Shown here: one piece after another, positions 1 through 8,698 of the stretch
Layout: the number at the start of each line of letters is the position of its first letter
Position numbering within the stretch: the stretch's first letter is position 1
Origin: an uncultured virus (IMG/VR IMGVR_UViG_3300031087_000513)
Taxonomy: Duplodnaviria > Heunggongvirae > Uroviricota > Caudoviricetes
IMG/VR virus record: IMGVR_UViG_3300031087_000513
DNA: 64,000 nucleotides
Strand: one strand, 5' to 3'
Notes under the pieces: model-generated
What the model saw: only the letters and a program-made list of their open reading frames with translations
Database searches by the model: none
Told to the model about the DNA's origin: nothing
Translations under genes and position numbers: made by a program

Positions 1-103
1 GACATGAAAGAAGGGATACCATAACTACTGTGAGCATGGTATCCCCTGAGCCGTAGCTTGCACCCGGCTGACTATATTCTTCATTTTCATATGTGTTGTT
101 CAT
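1..103 (-). CDS. partial hypothetical protein running off the left edge (MNNTYENEEYSQPG...)
   Basis: ATG at 103 with GAGGTG RBS and upstream CCGATA motif; frame open to the edge. Confidence 0.45.
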   Translation of the reverse strand, partial: MNNTYENEEYSQPGASYGSGDTMLTVVMVSLLSC

Positions 104-140
104 ACACCTCTGATATCGGTTTAGAGCAACATATGAGGCA

Positions 141-1232
141 TCACTGATTGAAGAGTTCATCCTCCGCTTTTTGAACAAGCTCAGCATGTGTTGGAGGGTT
201 TGCAGGAGCTCCCTCAGGACGCTTCTTCTCAAACTCTGTGCGCAGAGTAGGCAGAACATGCTCAGCCAGCATATCCATCTGTTCTAACACCATCTTCAAC
301 GGGAGTCCCGCGTGATCGATGAGGAATTGTAAACGCTGTGCGTACCCAATATAGTCCTGGAAGGAAAGCGTACGGTCAATCACTTCCTGAGGTGAGCCAA
401 CAGTCAGAGGAGTTTGAGAAGTGAAGTCCTCCAAAGAAGGACCATGACCGTATACAGGAGCATTGTCAAAATATGGTCGGAACTTCTTCACAGCATCCTG
501 AGAGTTCTTATCCATGAACACTTGTGCACCAATACCAACAATGGCCTGCTCAGGAGTCCCATGACCATAGTGGGCGAACCGTTCACGATACAAGGCAATC
601 ATTTGCTGAGTGTGCTCTGGGTTCCAGAAGATATGGTTATGGAAAAACGGATCGGCATAATAAGCAGCTTGTTCCGCAATCTCAGGTGAGCGAATACTTC
701 CGTGCCAGACCAATGGTGGAACATCGTCTAATGGGCGAGGAGTAGAAGTGTACCCAACCAGAGGCGTACGGAATTTACCCTGCCAAGAGATTTCAGTCTC
801 GCGCCACAGCTTGTGTAGCAGGTCATAGTTCTCAAAGGCTAAGTTCATGCTGTCTTGAATTTTCTTGCCGAACCAGGGGTAGACCTGCGAAGTATTTCCG
901 CGGCCCATAACAAGGTCTAAACGCCCGTTTGAGAGGTGTTGAACCATCGCGTAGTCTTCTGCCAACAGAACAGGGTCATTCGTCGTGATGAGGGTTGTAG
1001 CAGTGGAGAGGATGATCTTGTCAGTCTTCGCTGCAAGGTAGCTCAACATTGGAATAGGTGATGCTACGAACGGTGGGTTATGATGCTCACCAGTAGCGAA
1101 GACATCAAAGCCCAGCTCTTCTGCATGCTGAGCGATGGTGAGTGTGTTCATGAGCTTTTCATGCTCAGTAGGGGTCTTGCCTGTGGTGGGATCAGTGGTA
1201 ACGTCTCCGACGCTGAATACTCCGAATTGCAT
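141..1232 (-). CDS. LLM-class flavin-dependent oxidoreductase (luciferase-like monooxygenase)
   Basis: MQFGVFSVGD start, GEHH motif, AEDYAMVQHLSNGR, GRGN, WHGSIRS; AAGGAA RBS before Met at 1232. Confidence 0.92.
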   Translation of the reverse strand: MQFGVFSVGDVTTDPTTGKTPTEHEKLMNTLTIAQHAEELGFDVFATGEHHNPPFVASPIPMLSYLAAKTDKIILSTATTLITTNDPVLLAEDYAMVQHLSNGRLDLVMGRGNTSQVYPWFGKKIQDSMNLAFENYDLLHKLWRETEISWQGKFRTPLVGYTSTPRPLDDVPPLVWHGSIRSPEIAEQAAYYADPFFHNHIFWNPEHTQQMIALYRERFAHYGHGTPEQAIVGIGAQVFMDKNSQDAVKKFRPYFDNAPVYGHGPSLEDFTSQTPLTVGSPQEVIDRTLSFQDYIGYAQRLQFLIDHAGLPLKMVLEQMDMLAEHVLPTLRTEFEKKRPEGAPANPPTHAELVQKAEDELFNQ

Positions 1233-1362
1233 TTCCTTCTTCTTTCTATGCGTTTGCATAGACTATAACTGTGGTCATATGTTTTCTATTCCCATGAATC
1301 CTTTACATTTAGAAAAGAATGCGATAGAATAGTGAACATAGTTTATCAGAAAGCAGCAGACG

Positions 1363-1989
1363 ATGGATATGAACAAAGCATTAGACGGAATGACGGATCA
1401 TGATAAGGACCTCGTTAAGCAGTTCCTTTTCGCGCTACAACAGCCTGACAGTCGTTCTGTTCAAATTGAGCTGATTCGTTCAACCGCTGCAACTGGGGAT
1501 CGTCTCTCTATTGAAACTTTGGACGGACGAAATCTGCTGGACCGCACACCTGAGGAGCAAGCTGCTTACGAGAAGTTCATGAGTGAGTCGTTGCCTTCAC
1601 AGGGAATCATTGTTGACTCAGCTTCGGAACTGCATGAAGTGGAAGATAATTACGGGGATGAGGCAGAGTTCAATCGCTATGAGAATGACGATGAAGTTCG
1701 CATTGAATTCCCTCGTTTAAGCGGTTCGCCGACAGCTGCCCAGTACCTCATGAATGATTACCCGAAGAACCTTGCGAACAAGAAGGTCATTCTGCTGGGG
1801 CGGAACGTTGTTGATGCAAGTGCACTCTTCTGCGATGAGCTTATCCGCCAGTTACAACTTCGTCGGGCAAAAGAAGTTGTCCTCATCGCCTTCCCTGAGT
1901 CTGTGATTGCTGACCTGGAGGAAGCAGCTACAAGAAGAGGACTGACTCATGTCCGTACTGGCTCTGTCGAAGACCTACGATTGAAGTGA
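1363..1989 (+). CDS. hypothetical protein, possible C-terminal STAS-like (DUF4325-like) domain
   Basis: C-terminal VILLGRNVVDASALFCDELIRQL resembles the STAS-like pattern. Confidence 0.5.
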   Translation: MDMNKALDGMTDHDKDLVKQFLFALQQPDSRSVQIELIRSTAATGDRLSIETLDGRNLLDRTPEEQAAYEKFMSESLPSQGIIVDSASELHEVEDNYGDEAEFNRYENDDEVRIEFPRLSGSPTAAQYLMNDYPKNLANKKVILLGRNVVDASALFCDELIRQLQLRRAKEVVLIAFPESVIADLEEAATRRGLTHVRTGSVEDLRLK

Positions 1990-1994
1990 AGAAA

Positions 1995-2029
1995 GAAAGA
2001 CCCTAACCTGGTCCAGGTTAGGGTCTTTC
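1995..2029. terminator. perfect inverted repeat, 17-bp arms
   Basis: gaaagaccctaacctgg-t-ccaggttagggtctttc just after the stop at 1989. Confidence 0.75.
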
Positions 2030-2139
2030 GCCTTTGATAAACAACCACATATATGAGGAGTTACTCCCGCGCTTCCTTGCAAAATCAACGAAGTAGCCGA
2101 TAGATATAGAGCAAAAGACGGATATTTTGGGAGAGTTTT

Positions 2140-3183
2140 ATGTGCAAATCTGTAGCTGATGGTGGAGAGCGTTGCATCTACGCGGATGCAATCAACAATG
2201 TTCGCAAGAAGACCCGCTACAAGAATCGCAACATCTACGAATCCGCTCGTGAACGGGAAGTGACGCGAGCTGTTCAGAAGTGGAAAGAAGAAAACCCTGA
2301 GCTTGTTCGTGAGCATCTTCCAGAGCACATGCCGTTCCAGGCGACCCCGAACAAGAAAGATGTTCCAGCTCACCTGAAAGCTCTGCTCTCACAGCGTTCC
2401 CGTGTACCTATCACTGGCCTTCCAAAAGAGGAACGTGAAGCGATGACTCGCGCGATGGCAAAAGAACGCGAGGAGATGGAAGAGAACTTAGACAATGACC
2501 ATGTTCGCGCTATCAGTAAGTACACTCAAACGTTCTATGACATTCTCAACCGAAGTCTGCGTCGTTCAGGAGTAGCTGAACATCTCCGTGAAGAACCGTA
2601 TGCGCGTGAAGGTTTTGAAGAGCGTGTCAAGGAAGCTACAAAGAGTATGGATGAAGTGTTTGAACGTACTCCAAACAAAGATGAGCCTCGCAAAGTGTAC
2701 CGTTTCTTCCGCGTTCCAGCAGGAGTAACTCCTCAGGAATTCATTGAAAAGTACTTTGCTGATGGGTCTGCGTTCAAAGACCGTGCGTTTATGTCTACAA
2801 CAGCGGACCCTGAATTCATTATGGCTCATATGTATGACCGTAATAAAGGGAAGCAGAATAAAGGTTATGTTGTGATGGAGATTCTTACAAAAGAAGGCAT
2901 CTCTCTGCAGGACAACGAAGTCTCACGTGGTGGAGATGTACAGTCTCTGGAACATGAAGTCCTCCTTCCACGTAACTCTAAGTTCCGTGTTGTCAATAAC
3001 CGTAAATCCCAACAGTTTGAGTTTGCTTCTGACCGTAAAGACTTGAACGCTCAATACAACCCAAACCACTACTACATGAGTAGTGATGAATCTTACCAGC
3101 GTCATGGTATGTTCAAGAAGGGTGACCGACTCAACTTCCCTGTTATTCAGATGATTGATGAGAAGCTTATTGCTGAATCCTGA
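2140..3183 (+). CDS. ADP-ribosyltransferase (VIP2/C3-like, R-S-E clade) with Cys-rich N-terminus
   Basis: KVYR, FMSTT and EHEVLLPRNSKFRV motifs; preceding AISKYT..YDILNRSLR helix. Confidence 0.88.
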   Translation: MCKSVADGGERCIYADAINNVRKKTRYKNRNIYESAREREVTRAVQKWKEENPELVREHLPEHMPFQATPNKKDVPAHLKALLSQRSRVPITGLPKEEREAMTRAMAKEREEMEENLDNDHVRAISKYTQTFYDILNRSLRRSGVAEHLREEPYAREGFEERVKEATKSMDEVFERTPNKDEPRKVYRFFRVPAGVTPQEFIEKYFADGSAFKDRAFMSTTADPEFIMAHMYDRNKGKQNKGYVVMEILTKEGISLQDNEVSRGGDVQSLEHEVLLPRNSKFRVVNNRKSQQFEFASDRKDLNAQYNPNHYYMSSDESYQRHGMFKKGDRLNFPVIQMIDEKLIAES

Positions 3184-3213
3184 GCTTGATTTTTAGTAAG
3201 GGAACATGGTAGG

Positions 3214-3405
3214 ATGCAGGTTATGAGCATTTTCTGGAAGCTACTTCACTTGCGAAGTGGCGAGCCTAGGAAAGTTCTGGGACGAATCACCACATCAGAA
3301 GGTAAGCTTCCTGTTTCTTTGAGTCATTTGCGACCAAGCCAGGAGTATACCAAGCGTGTTGATGAAGCGTTTAGACCGACACCTTCTCAGAGAATCAAGA
3401 AGTAG
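3214..3405 (+). CDS. small hypothetical protein
   Basis: ORF in a co-oriented run. Confidence 0.45.
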   Translation: MQVMSIFWKLLHLRSGEPRKVLGRITTSEGKLPVSLSHLRPSQEYTKRVDEAFRPTPSQRIKK

Positions 3406-3414
3406 GAAGACATC

Positions 3415-3612
3415 ATGAATAACCGTTTGAGCTGGACCAGCGCGTACCCGAGTACTGCTTTGTTCATCCTCGCTGCCATCACCCTCGTCATGTACATCAG
3501 CACTGGCTTCATCGTTCCAGGTTTGGTTATGTGGAGCGTTGTGACCGCTGCATTCTTTTTTCTTGCAGTGTTCCGTAACATTCAGGTTATTCGCAGCAGA
3601 AAGACCCGTTGA
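3415..3612 (+). CDS. small membrane protein (2 TM)
   Basis: AGGAAG RBS; two hydrophobic segments. Confidence 0.6.
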   Translation: MNNRLSWTSAYPSTALFILAAITLVMYISTGFIVPGLVMWSVVTAAFFFLAVFRNIQVIRSRKTR

Positions 3613-3627
3613 GGTCCACCCTTTATC

Positions 3628-3837
3628 ATGAGTGCGTTTCGTAAGCTTTTCTACCGTAGCCAGCACATGGCTGCTTCCAGTGTCTCCCTGTTTGGGCTAT
3701 TGGGTGTTATCACTTCTATTTTGTTCAATGCAAAAGAAGACAGTCATCTGATGAAGAAGTCCAAGACTGTACTCAACCTTGGACATAAGTGGAATGACCG
3801 AATCTTTGCAAGGAAAAACCGTAAACGAAGGACATAA
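3628..3837 (+). CDS. small membrane protein
   Basis: one hydrophobic segment, ends just before a terminator. Confidence 0.5.
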   Translation: MSAFRKLFYRSQHMAASSVSLFGLLGVITSILFNAKEDSHLMKKSKTVLNLGHKWNDRIFARKNRKRRT

Positions 3838-3843
3838 TACGTA

Positions 3844-3885
3844 AGGAGGGGCTTGTTCGGCACATCAGCTGAACAAGCCCCTCCT
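3844..3885. terminator. bidirectional hairpin terminator
   Basis: aggaggggcttgttc...gaacaagcccctcct between convergent genes. Confidence 0.75.
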
Positions 3886-3895
3886 GTTTTGTTAT

Positions 3896-4507
3896 TTAGA
3901 TTTGCTCAAACTGCTGCATGACCAGTAGGTACGGGTAGATTTTCAATTGCATCTCCTCCGACTCAATTTTGCTAAATTCTTCACCTAAGAAACCCTCCAG
4001 CTCATGAACATCCTTGTTCGGCATGTTATTACGCAACTCAGACTGTGAAACTACATTCAAGCGAGCACCCGCGTGGATAGAACTGAGGCAATACACTGAG
4101 TCCATAAGCCCGTCCACGGCATAATGCCTTAACGTAGGCACGCTGGATAAGGAAGAAAGGGCTCGGTGGGCTGACCAGCTTCCAGGCTGTTCATTATGAT
4201 GTTGAGCATTATATACTCTTCTACCTTGACGTTTCACCTCCGCACGAGTTGCATCATTAGGATTGCGTAACCATTCACGGTATGTATCATGTAAATCATG
4301 AGCTGTCAAAGAAGTGGTAAAAGGTAGGATAAGTTCCATGAGTTTCAATCCAGCTCCTCCATAAATCCACTCTTGCTGTACACCAATAAGTTTTTGGCCA
4401 TTGCCTTCAAACCAAGGGTCAAGCTGTTCTGCTTGAGGAAAGTAGAAGTCTAGTGACTCTCGAATTTTCTGGATGAGAGGATCATGGATAAGTACTTGAT
4501 CGGGCAT
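3896..4507 (-). CDS. hypothetical protein, paralog family A
   Basis: DPLIQKI and YREWLRNPNDATRAEVKRQ match 5576-6190 and 6211-6846. Confidence 0.7.
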   Translation of the reverse strand: MPDQVLIHDPLIQKIRESLDFYFPQAEQLDPWFEGNGQKLIGVQQEWIYGGAGLKLMELILPFTTSLTAHDLHDTYREWLRNPNDATRAEVKRQGRRVYNAQHHNEQPGSWSAHRALSSLSSVPTLRHYAVDGLMDSVYCLSSIHAGARLNVVSQSELRNNMPNKDVHELEGFLGEEFSKIESEEMQLKIYPYLLVMQQFEQI

Positions 4508-4550
4508 ACTATAAACCTTTTCTAACGTGATAGCTCCGATTATACACTAC

Positions 4551-4579
4551 TTGACATCACCATAGCAAGATGTTAGACT
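4551..4579 (+). promoter_or_regulatory. sigmaA-type promoter, probably leaderless transcript
   Basis: TTGACA-17-TAGACT with TG extension; ATG at 4587. Confidence 0.6.
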
Positions 4580-4586
4580 TCTGACC

Positions 4587-5531
4587 ATGAGTAGAGACAA
4601 TGAGCGCCCTGAGCGTATTGAGCTGCATGAGCCAGTCTTCCCGTATCTTGTTGCGGATGAGAGTGCTGAGCCGACTTCTTATGTCATCATCAGTAAGGCT
4701 GACCACCTGGGATACGATGCTGAGCGTACACTCTTCTACGTCCCTGGTGCCACCTTCCGCCAGCGCGACAACCGTCAGATGGGTACTCCTATCACGGATA
4801 TCATCCTGCATCATTCTTTCGCCAGTGATGACGAGGGTGACACTTCACATGTTGCGGACTTTGAGGTCCGTAGTATGCAGCTGGTTTCTGCATATGGGAA
4901 GCAGCTGACCTTCACAGGTTGGCTCACTGAGGCCCGCTTCTACCCTGAGGGTTACGTTGATGAGCGCTTTGAGGAGTTCAACCCGTTTGTCGGTGCAGTG
5001 AAGCAGGATGAGGGTCCTGAGCGTGATAACTACTCTGCGAACTACGGCTACCCGTACCTTGCGCCGAAGGTGAAGATTGAGGGCTTGCAGCTTCCTCTGG
5101 AAGTGGAAATCACTCTCATTCACAACATTGCTGATGCTAAGGCTGACACGCAGGAGAACATGCAGGCTCAGGCCCAGGCTCGTCTGGACCGCGCTGAGCG
5201 TCAGCGCAAGGAAGCTGAGAAGAAGGCTGCCGAGAAGATTCAGCGGGAGAAGGAGCATCAGGAGTGGTTGAAGACTGATGAAGGCATTGCTGATACTCTT
5301 GACACGAAGCTTCGTCGTCTCGTTCGCGCTGTCTCTCCGCAGGACACCATGACTTCTACTGAGCTTGAAGAGATTCAGTTGCAGGCAGACACGTTCGTTC
5401 TGTCGCTCTCCGATAAGGAGAAGGGCTTGCTCCTGGATGAGCAGGTTGGTAAGATTTGGTCCATCAAGCCTGAGCAGCTCATGCGTAACGCGTACTATGA
5501 CCGAGTAATTCACCAGCTTGAAAACACTTGA
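4587..5531 (+). CDS. hypothetical protein with coiled-coil segment
   Basis: 314-aa ORF with biased codon use and a promoter directly upstream. Confidence 0.75.
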   Translation: MSRDNERPERIELHEPVFPYLVADESAEPTSYVIISKADHLGYDAERTLFYVPGATFRQRDNRQMGTPITDIILHHSFASDDEGDTSHVADFEVRSMQLVSAYGKQLTFTGWLTEARFYPEGYVDERFEEFNPFVGAVKQDEGPERDNYSANYGYPYLAPKVKIEGLQLPLEVEITLIHNIADAKADTQENMQAQAQARLDRAERQRKEAEKKAAEKIQREKEHQEWLKTDEGIADTLDTKLRRLVRAVSPQDTMTSTELEEIQLQADTFVLSLSDKEKGLLLDEQVGKIWSIKPEQLMRNAYYDRVIHQLENT

Positions 5532-5532
5532 G

Positions 5533-5578
5533 TAAAAGTTGTGGCCCTACCAGTATACTGGTAGGGCCACAACTTTTA
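5533..5578. terminator. 46-bp perfect palindrome at a convergent junction
   Basis: taaaagttgtggccctaccagta|tactggtagggccacaactttta. Confidence 0.8.
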
Positions 5579-6190
5579 ATGGATAATGGGGGTTGTGAGA
5601 ATTCGTTGGTACTCGTCTAAGCAGAAGTTCAATAGCGCAATCCGTTGAGGACTGGCTATTTTGTCCATTCCTGGAACGCTCAGTTTAAGAGATTCAAGCC
5701 ATTCACCATAGCCAACATGATCTTTTGAGCGAGACAGGCGAGCTTGGGACATAGCTTTTTGGGTATCCTCATCGTATGTTGTGGCAAAAATAATGTTATC
5801 TACTACTCGAGCTAAATCATTTTTAGAGTAAGCTATCCGACCCAAACAATGCAAGGCACTGGAAACATAACTACTTTCATTACGATCAGCTCTGTCTCTA
5901 GAAATTCGTTTTAGCTGTTTCGTTAGTTCGTATTTAGTTGCAGTGGTAGGGTTTACTACCCAAGCTTCATAAGCATCTACCATAGCTTGTTGGCGCTCAT
6001 TAGTAATTCGTCTGCTGAATACCCTGAGTAGCGATTGACCCAGCTGAAAATATAAATCGTAACGATTACGGTAATCAACAAGCTGTCCGCATTCATTGAG
6101 CCATTCTTTGAGACGAGTTTTCTCTTCTTCCTTTGAATGAGCGCTGAGAACGTCTACAATTTTTTGTGCTAATGGATCAAATTCTGACAT
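5576..6190 (-). CDS. hypothetical protein, paralog family A
   Basis: EFDPLAQ..., YEAWVVNP...TKYELTKQ. Confidence 0.75.
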   Translation of the reverse strand: MSEFDPLAQKIVDVLSAHSKEEEKTRLKEWLNECGQLVDYRNRYDLYFQLGQSLLRVFSRRITNERQQAMVDAYEAWVVNPTTATKYELTKQLKRISRDRADRNESSYVSSALHCLGRIAYSKNDLARVVDNIIFATTYDEDTQKAMSQARLSRSKDHVGYGEWLESLKLSVPGMDKIASPQRIALLNFCLDEYQRILTTPIIH

Positions 6191-6210
6191 CGTTCAAATT
6201 CCTTTTTCTG

Positions 6211-6846
6211 TCAAGCTTTGTGTAATAGGTTAGCAGGGGAAGTAGCAATCCGTTGAAATTCTCTGATACAGAATACCAACAGCTCAAATCGTTGAGGAGT
6301 ATGAATCAGTCTTCGCTGCTTCTGATAATTAGCCATTTCTTCCTGGAACTGAGCTGAGCCTATGTATGGCCATGTCAGTCGGTATAAACGCTGATCTTCC
6401 GCCGCTGCCACTTCATCCACCATAGTAGCTTCAATAATGTTTTTAATCATTAAGTCAGGTGTTTGCCTTGGTTGCGCCATAGATGCGATAGATAGTAAAG
6501 CATTATTGACTCGAACAGATTCACCATATCGCTGGAAACGGTAAATGCTATTATTGTACAAACGACTTCGCTGTTTTTTGAGCTCGTATTTTGTTTCAGG
6601 ACTTGGGTTTAGAACCCAAGCTTCATAATCGCGCATCAATGCATGTTGACGCTCATTATAAGCTTCCTGACCGACTCGCCTTATCAGACCGTAACTGAGT
6701 TTGACGTACAAATCTTTTCTGTAATCAGGGTGAATCTCCGTACCATACTCATGCAACCATGTCAGCAACTCAAGTTGTTCCCGATCGTTTACATGCGGCA
6801 GAAGGTGTTCTACTAACTCTTGCGCCAAGGGGTCAAATTCTGGCAT
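6211..6846 (-). CDS. hypothetical protein, paralog family A
   Basis: MPEFDPLAQ..., YEAWVLNP...TKYELKKQ; start chosen by paralog alignment. Confidence 0.75.
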   Translation of the reverse strand: MPEFDPLAQELVEHLLPHVNDREQLELLTWLHEYGTEIHPDYRKDLYVKLSYGLIRRVGQEAYNERQHALMRDYEAWVLNPSPETKYELKKQRSRLYNNSIYRFQRYGESVRVNNALLSIASMAQPRQTPDLMIKNIIEATMVDEVAAAEDQRLYRLTWPYIGSAQFQEEMANYQKQRRLIHTPQRFELLVFCIREFQRIATSPANLLHKA

Positions 6847-6906
6847 TTCCTGTACCGTTTCTTTCGTATACATCAACGATACAGGAAATGCCAGAAACAG
6901 GTTGTT

Positions 6907-7731
6907 TTAATCTTCGTCAATCCAATGTGCATCAATAGTGAATGACTTACCTGTCTTGAGGTTCATTATAACTTCAACAGGAACAACGATGCGGTCATCT
7001 TCACCCCAGAAGTCAATCTCTTTCAACGTTTTTGCAGCGACTGGGATGTAACCAAACCGCTCGTCAGCTGTGACGATGCCCTCAGAGATGCGAGATAGGT
7101 CAATGTAACGAAGTTTCCATCCACCTGAATCGTCACCCCAGATGCAACCAGAGTATAGAGCAAACTGACCAGTGAACGCCATCAAGTCATCTTCATCGTA
7201 TAAGTAGTCTTTGCTTTCAATGCTACTCACGATGTAGGGAGCATCCTGAGTGTGATGCTCTGCATAGTCTGGGACATAGAATTCCACAGGGCAGAATCCC
7301 CAACCGGGCTGTTCAGTTCCCAGAGGCATCTCTTCACACCATTTCTCGTACCCCATTTTCCGCCACCGCTCATGATGTTCCTCTGCGACAACAGGGGTTG
7401 GAAGTTTAGCGATGACTTCACGCTTCTCCAGGTCCAGCACTTCAAAGCTGACGTAACTGGGAGAGATGAGAGCATAGTCATGCCATACTCCATCTTTGAG
7501 CTGACGGAAGGGTTCGAAGGTCTTGTACATGGCGTAGTTACGCTCATACGTGAAGATGTCCTCAACGGTGCCATCTTCATTATGCTGCTCAACGATGACA
7601 GTTGTGGTTCGCCATTTACCTGGCTCTTCTTTTTTCTCTTGACGGAATGTATACCGTTCACGGATGTTCTGTGCTGACGGGGAAACGAACTCGTTGAACG
7701 TTCGGTTCAAGTCTAATTTTTCTTCGCGCAT
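6907..7731 (-). CDS. hypothetical protein
   Basis: 274-aa ORF. Confidence 0.7.
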   Translation of the reverse strand: MREEKLDLNRTFNEFVSPSAQNIRERYTFRQEKKEEPGKWRTTTVIVEQHNEDGTVEDIFTYERNYAMYKTFEPFRQLKDGVWHDYALISPSYVSFEVLDLEKREVIAKLPTPVVAEEHHERWRKMGYEKWCEEMPLGTEQPGWGFCPVEFYVPDYAEHHTQDAPYIVSSIESKDYLYDEDDLMAFTGQFALYSGCIWGDDSGGWKLRYIDLSRISEGIVTADERFGYIPVAAKTLKEIDFWGEDDRIVVPVEVIMNLKTGKSFTIDAHWIDED

Positions 7732-7914
7732 GATAATGCTTCTTTCAGTGTAAATAGGTTTTCATAAAAATGTGGCGACTACTTTGCAGAGTGCACCTAT
7801 TTACGGTGGTTGCGCGTTGAGAAGAATAAGCTACAGCATGGTGTTCCTTTGGTTGAGAAATATTTCGTTCAATTGTAGTATCGGGTTTAGTATATCAGAA
7901 GATGTAATTCTTCG

Positions 7915-8172
7915 TCAATACTTGATGCGACCCCAAGATTGGTAATCGCCTTCGCTCATATAACCATCGTCGTGATAATTCGCTTTTCGTGCAGCGTCAG
8001 CTCGCTTGTTCGCTTCTTTGTCATACGGATATGCAGGAGTGTTGATTCCACCAGTCCAGTACCCTCCAAGACCATCTGAGTGGCGCTGAGGGGTATGCCC
8101 ACGCTTCTTGATACATGCGGTTCCATCTGTATTCTGTGAACGACAGACAACGAATGGGGCTTCCTCAGTCAT
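7915..8172 (-). CDS. small putative Zn-binding protein
   Basis: C-x9-C-x5-H-x4-H pattern; overlaps the upstream stop. Confidence 0.55.
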   Translation of the reverse strand: MTEEAPFVVCRSQNTDGTACIKKRGHTPQRHSDGLGGYWTGGINTPAYPYDKEANKRADAARKANYHDDGYMSEGDYQSWGRIKY

Positions 8173-8450
8173 ACCTGCACCTGCTTCGTAGCTTGCTTTT
8201 CATGCCAGATTTTGATGAACTCATCGTCATAAATCCAGTGCGGGTCAAGGTTCTGCTCAGTGCGAGCTTTTGCTGCTGCTGCAATCAGAGCCTGAGCAAG
8301 TTCCTCAGCCTCATCAGGTGTGAACTCATCCGCGAACAGTCCTCGAATCTTGAAAGAGACGATAGGGTCTTTCCCTGCTGAAATGGAAGGTGAAGCCTGG
8401 ATCGTGACACTCTGAAAAGATGTCGGAACAATGCCGTTATGGTCAGTCAT
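8169..8450 (-). CDS. hypothetical protein
   Basis: AGGAG RBS; FTPDEAEELAQALIAAA. Confidence 0.6.
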   Translation of the reverse strand: MTDHNGIVPTSFQSVTIQASPSISAGKDPIVSFKIRGLFADEFTPDEAEELAQALIAAAAKARTEQNLDPHWIYDDEFIKIWHEKQATKQVQV

Positions 8451-8569
8451 TACTGGTCTCCTGGAATAGCGCTAATACCGATAAGTTTACCATAAAGTTG
8501 AGGTATTGCCAAGAAGCTTATTCATGTGATAGAATCTCATCATAAACTGCAACCTAAGGTGAAACCCTC

Positions 8570-8695
8570 ATGATGACATGCCGTAACGGTGGAACAATGA
8601 CGTACAATGATGATGAATACGGCTATGATGGAAACTATGCAGTTTATAAATGCACATGCAAAGAACGCAGGCACTATGTGGAGTTGCCAGACTGA
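8570..8695 (+). CDS. 41-aa Cys-containing small protein (not in ORF track)
   Basis: MMTCRNGGTMTYNDDEYGYDGNYAVYKCTCKERRHYVELPD with AAGGTG RBS, abutting the next gene. Confidence 0.5.
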   Translation: MMTCRNGGTMTYNDDEYGYDGNYAVYKCTCKERRHYVELPD

Positions 8696-8698
8696 ACA

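Noticed and set aside
13..45. gggataccat/atggtatccc inverted repeat as a terminator
   Set aside because: Short, and it lies within a likely minus-strand ORF starting at 103.
2077..2103. Full sigma28 promoter (TAAA-N15-GCCGATAA)
   Set aside because: Only the -10-like part recurs; there is no TAAA at consistent spacing in the copies checked.
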